A stretch of DNA of 64,000 nucleotides from Vicugna vicugna (taxonomy: Eukaryota). The stretch spans positions 16,294,899 to 16,358,898 of the forward strand of contig MU062133.1 of the NCBI GenBank assembly GCA_013265495.1, read 5' to 3'. The notes under the pieces are model-generated. The model was not told the DNA's origin. It saw nothing but the letters and a program-made list of their open reading frames with translations, and ran no database searches. Positions 11,865 through 24,300 of this stretch are shown in pieces; positions within the stretch are counted from its first letter, which is position 1; the number at the start of each line of letters is the position of its first letter. A program made the position numbers and the translations under genes.

Positions 11865-14800
11865 CTAGAAAGGAATGATGGAGAACTTACTGCCAGGGTC
11901 CTCCCACAGCTCGGAATATGGTGCCACCTCCCACTGCTGCCAACCACCATTCCAAGATCAACACCACTCTGCAGTCCCAGCTGTGGGGAGTGCCCACCAG
12001 GCAGGACCCTGTAATTTCCTAGCCATTCATTTATTTGTATTGAGCATGTTCCATGTGGCAGGTCCTGTGTGGTGGGCTCTGGAGATACCGGGATGACCAA
12101 ATACAGAAGTGGTCTTTTCTCACATGGCACTCAGTCCTTCAAAAGCCTGACCAGCTGCTCATGCAAATCCGTTGCAAGGAATTTCAATCACTGGTTTGTT
12201 GTTACAGAGCAAAGAGGTGTGGGTTAGAATCTTGGCTTTAGGTCTGGGGCCTCAGAGGGAGGGGCTCATTGAATCACTAGCTCTGCATCAGATTATTTGC
12301 AAGGAGCTAGCTTTGCAATCTCTGCAAGCTTCCTGGGAGCCATGCAGGGCCTCTCCTCCCAGGGAATGGGGTTTGGGTAACTGTCAGCACTGGGGCCGTG
12401 GTAGGAAGGTTCTGGGCTACGGGAAGTTTGCTGCACAGCTGTGGGCATCCTCACTGCCTGGGAGCCCCACACATGGTCTGTGTGGTTCTCACCCTGTAGC
12501 TAAAGTTAGTGGAAAACCTGAAGGGCAGCCTGACTGGGGACCCATCAATCCTGATGCAGACTTGCCGGCCCCGAGGGCTCTCCTGTACCCTCTGCATACC
12601 TGGAACACTGGGTTCGTGAGCACTTACTTCATCTAAACCCAAAAGGCCTAGCAAACTTCCTGTCAACTGCCCATGAGGAAATCCAACTGGGGTATCAAAA
12701 AGAATCCAGTTCTGCTAACTCAACAGAGGCTGCAAAGGCATTTGGAGAGCCCTATGTGCATGGTGCCCACTTCAGCACAACTCAGAGACAGGGCTGCTTC
12801 TGAGGCTCTACCAGTGGGTGAAACTGTCCTAGCATGGTTATCTTTTGCCAGGCAGAGTCCACCACAAGTATCACACATGAGCTTCCCAAAATGATTCTGC
12901 TGACCATGGAGTTCCCACTGCATCCTGCTTCACACACCTCCAAGATAGTAACCAATCACCATGTAATGCATGTAAAAGGCTGCCGAGTCCTCAAGGGCAC
13001 CTGTGTCCCCAGGATCAGCATGGCACATGGTAATCACAGAACAAATGTGGTCCATCTCATACATTAATTCCTCTTTTTCTGTCCATCTCCTTGGAAGCTC
13101 ACACAATGTCTTTAACAAAGAAGGGTCTCAAAATTGCAAGGGATGGACACGAAAGATTAGGCTCTTCTTGGAGTTTTATCCATCACTCTCATCTTTATGG
13201 AAAATAACGAAATCTGTGGGTGATAGCTGTGCATCAAACAGCCCTCCTTCCTCTCAGGAGGCCTAGCTGCAAGCTGCAGCTTTAAGGGGATTTCTTGTTA
13301 TCTTCCTGAAAGTTCGAGGGGATGCTTTAACAACACAGCAGGGGGCGATGTGGACCCAGGGTTTCCCAGTTGAGAGAGAGCCCTCCCTCTGCAGCAGAAC
13401 CACCCCACGCCGTTGGAAGGCCTATGCCCCCCCTCCCCAGACTGAGCGGGCATCGTACCAGGGTGGTGAACTTGTCCACACAGGCGTTGCGGATCTTCTC
13501 CGGGGTGGCGGGGCTGTCCAGCCGGAAAAGCTCCTTTGTGTTGTTATCCGTGTGCTGGGCTCGAGCTGCACGGATGGCGTCCTTGATGGCAAAGAAGATG
13601 GAGGCGCCCAGGAAGAGAGGTGGTTCCCCGACAGCCTGAGCAGACAGAGCCAGAGCACGGGCAGGGAGTCAGGCAGAGGGCGCGGCCTCCACACCGGCAC
13701 CGGCCACCCAGAGCAAGGCAGGAAGGGCGGTCAGAGTGAATCAGGGGCTGAGAATAATCAGCCTAGTAAATGACTCAACTTGGCTGGCATATTTCTTTTA
13801 ACTTTTACTATGTGGTTTTCCCTGATGACACCATGCAAATATAATGCACCATTAAAAGTTTTATTAGATAATTATATTTTACAAACAAAAAAATCTGAAG
13901 TTGAACCCTTTTCCACAACGATAAGCCTAGGGGAATAATCTGCCTGCAACTCCGTCACCAACACTTGCAGGCACCATAACTGTACATGCAGCGTTTGCTG
14001 GGATACAGACATCGTGACAAATAGGAATCAAAGTAGTTTCTAGCAGAGGTGGTTTTATTCCCCAAAGCATAGATCAGAGCCTGCCTATATCAGAATCACT
14101 AGGGACACTGGCTAAAAAATGCAGGTTCTGGGGCCCTACCCCAAACCTACCAAATCAAAATTTCTAAAGGTGGGCCCCATGGAGCTGCATTTTCATCACG
14201 AGCTCCCAGCGATCCAGCGTGCTAACACGTGAGAGTCAAAAGCAAAGCTCACAAAGTGTCCCAGGCCCTCCCACCATGAAGCAAACCATGAGATGAGGAA
14301 AGGGGTGTGTTTCATCAGGTACAAGTAATTACCGGTCTTCCTTCTCAGACCAACAATTGTATCAATCAGTTTAATTGATTTCCAACTATCTTTTCATACT
14401 TATTGGGGACAAGGAGGAAATGGAAAATGGTTATAACCCTCTAGACATGCTGATCAAGCCTTAAGGTCTAGTGGTGGCCACGGAAGGAGGCGAAAGTGTG
14501 TGCAGAGGCGCTGCCCCTTGTGCAGTGAAGATGCCGATTCTCGTGGGACAGCAGGGGGGCTGTGTCATCTCTAGGATCAAGAATCAGGGATGCACACCTG
14601 ACACATGGTTGTAGGTCAGGACTTGACCTACAGGACTGAACTAAGGCACCCCTCTGATTGCACCCAAATCAGCTGGCTTTGACCACACAGAGGTGGTGTC
14701 GTCCTCAACCCACTTTCTTATGTTCCCAGGCTGGACTGTCCAGCCCTCCACTGCCCTCACCAAGGGCATGCCAAGCCCTCTTTTCTCTTCCATATGAGCC

Positions 14801-17800
14801 CCTGCAGGCCCACAGAGCAGGTGGCTGGAGCCCCTCATCCCCACCCATGGCTTCCCGCAGCGCAGTGCAGGGCCTAGGGCAACAGTACCTTGGACGCGTA
14901 GATGGCCTTCTTGTTGGGGCAGTCACGGAGCAGGGACACCCTGAACTCAGTGGGGATGCTGCCAAACGCGGGGATCTTGTAGGTGCTGGGACCGCGGGTG
15001 TGCAGGCTCCCCTCGGGGGAGTAGTGCAGTTCCTCCAGGGTGAAGAGGCCAAGGCCCTGGACAAATGCCCCTTCCACCTGCAGGGCAGACAGATCGTGGC
15101 TACCCTGCCTCCCACTCCCCGAAGGCAGGAGCTGCTTCCCACAGCAGGCACCAAGTCTGCCTGCACCTGCAGCAGGGCCTGGAGACAAGCTGTGAACAGC
15201 CCTCCACTGCCTCCCCGGCTCCTGCCCCAGCCTGGGGTTGCCTGTCTAGGCCTTTGCCAGGCATCGGAGTAGGCAGAACAAAGGCATTAACACTGAAATT
15301 GGTTTCAGAACTTGTCGGGGATTCCAGGAGGGACACGCAGTGGAGGCATAATTTCCCATTAGAACCTGCGCAGGGCAGATGGAGGTGTTCCTTCCACACT
15401 GCCGCCGGGGAAGTGGGGACCTCAAGCTGAGAAGGGAGCTCATGGGCTCGCAGTGGCTGTGTCCCTCAGTGGCCCACACCCCTCCTGTGTGCTACGTGGG
15501 ACCAAGCAAGAGAGGAGGGCTTTCCTGGACTGTAGATTCCGGGCTTTCTGAGTGCCCAGTCCTGCCTACCCCCTGGAGAAAGAGCACCCCTGCTGGAGCT
15601 CACAGATGCTCTGCTGGCCCACACATCTGCTCCCCAGCCTCACTATTCAGGATTGTGCTCTAAGGCAGCCCCTAGCTAAACAAGCATGTTCACAGGGGAG
15701 ACCAGGCGCTGACCCCTCTGTGTTTGCCGTGTCAGCTCAGCGCCTGCCTGTAGTAGGGGCTCCCGGCTTCCTGGTGGTTGTTCAGTGAGTTAATGGACAG
15801 ATTAATAACTAAGTTTCTGTATACTCAGTGACTGTCCATTTTTGAGAAATACAAGGAACATTTTCTGTCAGATGTTTAATACTTCATTTCTTGATTCCTC
15901 CCTCTGTCTCTTTTCTGTTCCACCTGCTCTGCCCAATACTCTCATATTTTCCAAAAGTGATTTTCTTCAGGCCATCCCTTTATTCCTCTCGCTCTTTTGT
16001 CTCCCGTACCCTCCACCACCAAATGCTTGGGAGCATTACGTCCTAGAGTGCAACAGCTGTCCTCAGTGGAAAAGGAATAAGGAGGGAGAAGACTCCTCTG
16101 AGCTGAGACCCCAGTGCCCGCACATTGATCCCAAAGTCAGTCTCCATTTCACCTTGTCCTCCCTCTCAAATGACGTGTGTGTGTGTGTGCACGCACGTGC
16201 GTGTGCACATGCACCCAACATTTCCACCATTCATCTTGTTTTCTGATGCCCTTTCCAGGTTTATCCACATGGACTTGTCTTCTGCCTCGAGAGCTAGGTG
16301 GGTTCTCATCTGTCTAAACCCCACTCTCAGGGAGACTCACTTGGTACTATGCTCAGACCCACTTGAAAAGGACATTGGACAAGATGCTGTGGCATATCAG
16401 TGGCCAAGTCCATCACCACCCTGGTCCCCCGTGAGTCTTACCTGCCCAATGTCGATGGCAGGGTTCAGACTGGAGCCAACATCCATGACAATGTCTGTGC
16501 GGAGGTTCTAAAGCAGACAGCAGTTAGAGAAACAGTTTGAGAAGAAAGGGCTGTGTGGAATGACAGATGGGTCTAGTGACCCTTAGGTTCTTGAGTGCCA
16601 GCCGGAACAGCACTTCACAATCAGAGTGCTGTGGGCACACTCAGGCAGGAGTGTCAGCAGGAAGGGCAGGTCCTTAGGTTTCTGGGGCTCTGAACCTGAG
16701 TCTAGGGCAGGTCACGTAAGGAAGGGATTGACAAATTATGTTCCATAAGCTGAGTCCAGCTCAACCCCGGTTTTTGTAGGGCCTGTGAACTAGTGATTTT
16801 TATGTTTTTAAATGACTGACAAAAATAAAAAGAATATACTGTGTCACCTCAAAACTGTATGAAATTCACCTTCAGTGTGCACAAGTTACATTTTATTGGA
16901 ACACGCCCATGCTCGTTTGTTTCTGTCAGTTCATGTCTGATTTTGCCCTACAATGATAGAGTCGAATGACTGAGGCAGAGCCTCTGTCTCCAGAAAACCT
17001 AAAATGTTTACTCTCTGGTGCTGTGTAGGAAGTTTGTAAGCCATGAGATAGGGCACGGTTCTCCCAACCGGAAGTTTCTGCCCTATCAGCTCTTTGCATC
17101 ACAGTTAGATATTTCTCTTCTCTTTTCCCCCTGGTACTAAAGTTTTGCAAACTTCTTACCTTATGATCCCCTGTTAAGCAGTCGATTTCCACTTCAGAGC
17201 AAGCCACCCCATAGGTGAAGTAGTGGAAGGCATTCCCTGAGTTGGTCTCAAAGCTGTAGCCAAGGTTGGGTGTCCTGGGGGAGAAAAGAGAAAATACGGC
17301 ACGTGTATTAAGATGAACGTGCCCCCGACTCATATACACACAGTCTGTCCCATAAAATCTTAAGACCCGAAAGGTTTTACTTTTTATTCTGCTGTTCTTC
17401 AAAAAAGTCCATGGGTTTTGAACATTTCGAACCTGTTTACGAAACCCAGGCATTCTGGAATATTTTGTCCCTTGTCTCTGTTCTATTTTGCCAACGGCCT
17501 TTATATGAATTACTCTGTGGAGCTGAGCAGTGTAAGGTGCCAGCACGCTGGTCTCTACATGGTAGAAACAGAGGTGAAAGATTTGCCTGAGCTCATGAAG
17601 GATGTGAAAGTCACACTGCAAAGGATCTACTGAATTAGAATTCAAGATCTCAGAGCCAAAGGATCTTCCTGTGCTGGCTCCTGGCTGTTCATACAAGTAT
17701 GCCTGCTCAGGGCGCTGCTCACCTTTCTCAAGGTGAAAGTCAACAAGATTAGAACCTCATAGCCTTGGTGCACCTTTAAGCAGCCTGGTATTACTCCTTA

Positions 17801-18276
17801 TCTACTGGCCCCTTCTAAATTTCAACAAATGATTTGAGAAAAGCGTTATTAATAAAAGCAGATGCTCTTTGATTATTTTTTCTTTTGCAATCCTGGATAT
17901 CTTACGCAATTTCAATTTTGCATGAGTCACATATATGAGTGTGTGTGTGTGTATTTTCACACCAGGAGTTTTTAGTATTCTGTATCTACGTTATTCTATA
18001 CATTACACAGAAATAATAATGTGAGCTGATATCCTCTGAATCTGCATGAAAACAAAACCAGCACAGGGCTGAAGGAAAAGGCTTTTCCCAGGAGAAACCA
18101 TCACCTTCTTTGACCTCTGACTCCACCATCTTCATTTGAGTGTTCCCTGATATAACCCCAGTTTTATCCCCTCCAAAAACGAAATAGGAATTTATGCAAA
18201 AATCTGCACTAGTTTGTTTGTGTAGGTCAAATATTACATAACCCAAGGAGCACTGGCAAAACATAAATACTTTGTC

Positions 18277-18310
<34 letters not shown>

Positions 18311-21300
18311 TATATATATTTATATTCCTATATTCACACAAGACGTTTTAAAGCAAACATTGGACTATTTTCCAAATCCACTGATCTGTGAAAGAAAAGG
18401 TCTAGTTAAATTTCCCAGAGAAAGCTAAAACACTATGGCTGACAGTAAATTTGATCATATCTTTTTACAGCTTCTAAATCGGATAGGCAGGGTCCCAGTT
18501 ATTGAATTTTAAATTTGCAGGAGATAAATACTTTTTCTAAGTTTCACTTCAAGTTCCACTGAATTTTGCATTTTGTCACACAGGACCACATGCTCTAACT
18601 CCTCCTCTCATTCTTTTGAAGGAAAGATTCCCTAAAGAAATCTGGGAACACCAGGCACCCCGGCTCTTGTAGGAGAACGCTGAGGGGGGAATGGCTGGTC
18701 ATCGTCCCACGATGTCATCAGTGAGAAGACAGGTTCAGAGAGAATCACTGATCTCCCCGAGTGGACCAGCATACCTTCAGACCAGAACTGGAATGGAGGT
18801 CTTCCAACGTGACAGCTCACACTTTTGGCACATAGTTGGGTAATCCCATGTATTTTAGAGCATCTTTAAGTTGAAATTAGTGGAAGCCCATTGAAGGGAT
18901 AAGCGTTTCAAGAGAAGTGTTGTCTCCTGACCACAGGCCGACAGAACTCAGTGCTGGAGGGGACCTCAGAGGTCAGGATGACAACACACTGTAAGACAGG
19001 TGAGCTCAGTGCCACACTTACTTATAAAAGCCAGCAGCAGACAAGCTCACTCTACCGAGGTAGGCTGCCATGACCTGAGGAGAGGAAACGGCCGTCAGGA
19101 AGGGGGAAGCACAGTTTCCAGAAGCCCCGACCCAGCACTGAGCTTTCAGGAGCTCATCCTCTTCATCTGGAAGCTGGTGACTCCCACCTCCACCCCTTAC
19201 CTTACATTCTCACCCCCTGCACAAGTCCTCATCATCTGAAGCCTGGAGCACTAACGTAGCCTCTTCACTGGTTTTCCTGCCTAAAGTCACCACATAGCCC
19301 AGCCCAGTTAGAGTAATCATCCTTAACACACCACACCACCCATGTCACTCCCTGACTCCAGAGCTTTCGATGACTCCCCATTGCCCATTTTCCTTTCATT
19401 TACAAAAGCAACTTGAATTAGCTTGGACTTACCCAGTCTTCCCAGGAGCCACCAGGATTCTCTCTCCTGAAGGGCTCCAGCCTTTTCAGGATGGTCTGAC
19501 AAGCCTCCTAGAGAACACGTCCCCACACACCAGACACATCAGTCCTCAGAATTCCCCAGTCCAGGCAGAACCCCAAGGACCTCCGAGCAACGCTGTGCAC
19601 AGGGTAATGCTCAGACAGCCTTGCCGCCCTCTCCGGAAAGACCACGGCCCAGGGTAGGAGCTGCTGGCCTTTGCTCAGAGAGCACTTCCCGACCCAGTTC
19701 TCAGGCTGACAGAGGGTGAAATGTGGAGGGATCCCCAAGGAGGTGTCCTCTCCCATCAAACTCCTTTGTTTGATGACAGCCCCCACCCTGGGGAGAAGTA
19801 AGTGGGTCTGACCTGGCTGACCCCACAATCAAATTTCAACTTCACTCCATGGTCTTGTGTCCGGTTCTAATACCAGGGTGTGTCCTCCCAGACCTCTCTG
19901 TGTTTCCTCCAACTCCCCTCCCCCTCGTACGCTCATCCTTCCTGGCTTCAATGGAAGTGATGATAGTTCTTGGGCCCCTCTTTTAGCTTGGTGTTCTCCT
20001 GGAGAACAGAGCCAAAGGTATGGCCATAGCCAAGAGCCTGCAAGGAGCCATTCTAGCTCCCACCCCGGGACTCTCCCAGCCTAGAACCTTAGGCTGGCCC
20101 TCAGCTCGGGGGCCCCCAAGGCTCCTTACATAGACAGCCTGTCCGTAGACATCGGTGCTGACAGAGGCTGCCGTGGGGGAGGAGTTGGGCACGGTGTTGG
20201 TGCTCGTCTCGCTGATGTAGATCTTAGAAGTAGGGATCTTCAGAGCTCTGCTGGCCACCTGCAAAGAGAGGGGGCATCACCCCTAGGGGAGGGACTGTCA
20301 GGGGCTCGCTGCCTTCTCCCCAAGATGGCATTCAGTTTCACTACTGCAGACAAGAAAATAATTTCATAAACCCTAACTCTACTGAGACTGGGATGTTCTC
20401 ACATCTGTCTGAATCTGAAGCAGCATGTTATGGAGTGGTTTTTGTTGAATAAAAAAATTCATAAACCTAATGGTGACAAACAGTGCCTTTTTAAACTAAC
20501 TCTGGCTTTTTAAAAAATTCAATTTAGCCAGTGTCCATGAGCCAGGCAGATGCACCAACTCTAACCCAGCCCAGAGGGAGGGGTCTCGTGTGTCTGGCTA
20601 CTTTTATACACATCACTCACACTCCTTACACAGTCACAGAGCCCTAGGGTGTTGATGATGAAAGCGGCCTGAACCATCATCTGGCCAATCCTTTTGCACA
20701 GATGAGGAAACTGAGGCCAAGAGAAGGAGCAGACTTGCCCAAGGTCACCCGGAAATGAGCAGCAGAGCCGAGCCACAACTTGGGCCTGCCTCTGCTTCTG
20801 GCACTGCTCACATGCTCACAGCCTCTTCCCTCATGAAGACACCATGGTGCCAGGGAGGACTCCCATGGTCTCCAGACTGCTCACCTGGACCATCTTGGTG
20901 TGAAGGCCCTGGCCCATCTCTGTGCCCCCATGGTTCACCAGCACAGAGCCATCTGTGTACACATGAATCAGGGCTCCTCCCTATGGGAAGAGAAGGAAAC
21001 CAAACAAAATTCACCAAATCCCAGCTCAGCTTAAGGCCTGGGACCAAAAGTACTGGAGCCCAAGAAAAAGAAAACTGGTGGCAGCATTTTGGATAGAAAC
21101 CTCAGACAAAAATAAAAGCAGTGTCAATCTCATGATTTAATTACATAGCCCTTTAGTAGTTTGCAAAACTACTTTCCCCCACCTCTCCCCATATCTCTGT
21201 CTCCCATCCTCAGAGGGAAGTAGGTCAAATATTGTCCTGACTCTGTAGATGAAGAAATGGGATCATGGGATCTGAAAGGCAGAGTAGCTGTCCATGGTCC

Positions 21301-24300
21301 TGCAGTCAGGAAGAGTAAGAACCAGAAATTGAGCCCAGGTCTCTGAGTCTCGTGTTGCTTTCACCGTCCCATGACATAATGGACAAATAGGAATGTGCAG
21401 TGAACTTTCATTTAAACAGGAAAGAGCTCCCCTGGTCAGCGCTGCTGCCATAACATTTGGTTTTTCCTTGCAACAGTGTAAACAGAGGGGAAAATGGGAT
21501 CCCAGTGCAGAGGAGATGGACACAATTATATAAAGCAATTACCTGATTCAGAAAGGGAACTGTGAAGCTTATTCCAAATTTGGTAGGAATTATGCACAGT
21601 CCTCTCTTTTTCCAACAATTCTCCCTGGAAGAAAAATAAAAAAACATTCTCACTGCAACTTCTCAACCCTTATTCATGTCAGACTGGACATAGTTTCAGT
21701 CAACATCTTTGTAAAACTGGAACAAGGGATCCTTGAAAGTGCCCACACAGTCTTTGTTGTAATTGAGTTGGGCCTCAGTTGTGTACACAAAAATGAGAAT
21801 GGTGGGAATTTGGGTTCTGGATCCTTCAGTGCAGCTGGAACAGGGCCCATCCTTGAAAGTCTCGACTTTAAAGTACCACCTCTCTGCTTCCCTGAGTGGC
21901 ATTTGGATTGGATCGGAGTGCTCTGTGATCCTGGACTGCAGTCACCCCAGGGAGGAACCGTAGCTCATTGACGATCATAATATTTTCTCTATGCTTTGTA
22001 TTTGGCTCTCCAAGTGTGAAAGACAGAGCCAGCACTATTGTCCCCACTTTGCAGATGATGAAACTGAGACCCAGGAAGATGGAGTGACTACCAGGGTCAT
22101 ATTTATAGATTAGTGTCAGAGGCTAGCTTGTAACTGTGATGTTCTTAGCCTCGGGCCGGTGTTCTCTAGAACATCATCTGCCCAGAAGGCAGACAACTGT
22201 GTAAACATGAACCACTCTGATGGGCTATGATGCTGAGCGCTGTGAGCCCCTGGCCCCTGGGGTTAAAGATCATTTCAGGATCTTAAAAAGATGGCTATGA
22301 ATGAGTTAGCAAATGCAGCAGCCTCCTAAGCTATCAAATTATCAGCTTCTTATTTTGAGTTCAGCAAAAAGGCTATAGAACATGAAATCCCAGAGAGCCC
22401 CATAATGTCAGCCCCTCCCCTCCCCTCCCTGGGCTTACCTGTTGAACTTATCAACCTCCTTTTTCCGAGCATCATACTGAGAGCTTTTCAGGCATTCATC
22501 CCAGCACCGGGGCAAGTTGAACCCCTCGAGCCTCTGGTTGAAGTGTGTCAGGTCCCCTTCTCGGTAGAGGTTCTTCCTTCGTACCTTCCCAAGGAGAGAG
22601 ACTTTGAGGCCATGTTAGTGGCAAGAGACCAGGGGCCATAACCTGAACCTTGAGCTTCCAGCCCCTCTCGAGCACCTGCTTGCCTATCCTCTGTGCCCAT
22701 GGGGGATGTCCAAGATACAAAGCCACTGTCCCCTCAAAGCAGGCTAACCCACTCTGACTTGTGTCCCCAAACTTCCAGCTTACCTCCTCTGCAGGCAGCC
22801 CACAGGTCACGGCGACCTCACTCATCCAGTACTCAGCAATGAACAACCCCTGGGGCCCCCCGAAGCCCCGGAAGGCCGTGTTGGAGGGCAGGTTGGTCTT
22901 GCACAGTCGCCCAGTGCCCCGGATGTTGGGGATTTTATAGCTGTTGTCCATGTGGAATAGAGCTCGTTCCATTACCTGAAATGGAAGAAACAAAAATGGC
23001 AGAGAACAGAGCATGGATTTCACTGGCTTCTCAAAAAAGGCCAAGCTCCTCCTTGCTTGGCCAGCCCCACTGTCAACTGCTCTTCCTCCAGCCCACATTA
23101 TTTATTTCCTGGGATACTGCAGCATCCTTAGTGCACTCCCAGCCTTCTGGGCCTCCCCCCTCATCTATGCCTCATACCAAAATATAAGATCATAGCAGAT
23201 CAGGCACCTGCTTAAAAATGGCACCTACTATCTCCAAAGTAAAGTCAGTATATCTTTAAGCATGGAACTCAGAGCACTTTACGACCTTTCCCCAATATAC
23301 TCCTTATCCTCTTCTCTGACTTCATGTTACTCTCACCTGTAATGCCTGTCCCCACCATGTCCACCTGCTAAAATCCCCAGTCAGCTTGCACACGGGGATG
23401 CCCTTCTTAGATCCTCTAGTTGGAACTGATTTGCCTCTTTTAAAAAATTGGTGATTTTATGAACCAATTTTCAATTAGCTTTTATTCCCATTAAAATTAT
23501 ACTACAAATAGATTCAAGACTCAAATAATTCCTTAAGTCATGTTAGGCAAAACAGTGGTCCCCTTCACTTTCCTTCCTTCCACTCCCCAGAAGCAACTAC
23601 TTATTCTTTGTTAGCTATTTACCTGGTCACCCACATCTCAAAATAATGTGTTTCTATTACCATTTCTTTTTTTTTAATTGAGATATAGTTGATTTACAAT
23701 TTGTGTAAATTTCTGGTGTGCAGCATAGTGATTCAGTCATATATATATAAATTCTTTTTCATGATAGGTTATTAACAAGTTATTGAATATAGTTCCCTGT
23801 GCTATATGGTAAGACCTTGTTGTTTATCTATTCTGCATACAGTAGTTTGTATCTCATATTGCCATTTCTTGACTTGTTTGGCTTTACACTTTTAGATTGT
23901 TTTCCCATCATGGAAAAGGAGGGTTTGGTTCCATCTAATCCTCTTTCTCTACATACACACCAGCTTCTTATCCCCCATCCCCCCCTACATAGTTCTACTT
24001 TGATCTGATCAACAGTCAGTGTAATAATTCTCTGAACATTACTTAGAGCTCAATCACATAGTTACACTAGGATTACTTCTCTCTTTATTGATAATATTTC
24101 CCCCCTGGAGTTAATCATTATCTTTCTTCTTTTTCATTGGCTTCATTTTCAATGCACATATTACTAGAAATCTGTTCTCAATATGTTCAAACACTCAATT
24201 TCTTATCAGTCTCATCTTTTTGAAGAAATTGTTTCTGGAGCTTCTGGCCTGCCCTAATTTAAATCGGCTGCCCCTAGGCTTCTGTTCAGCTGTTACGCGG

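Noticed and set aside
14658-15272. 204-aa plus-strand ORF
   Set aside because: Antisense shadow of GC-rich exon 34 and flanks; no recognisable domain, promoter or splice support.
16926-17696. 256-aa minus-strand ORF
   Set aside because: Only the central 38 aa are XDH exon 32; the rest is intronic read-through, partly into a MER58 element.
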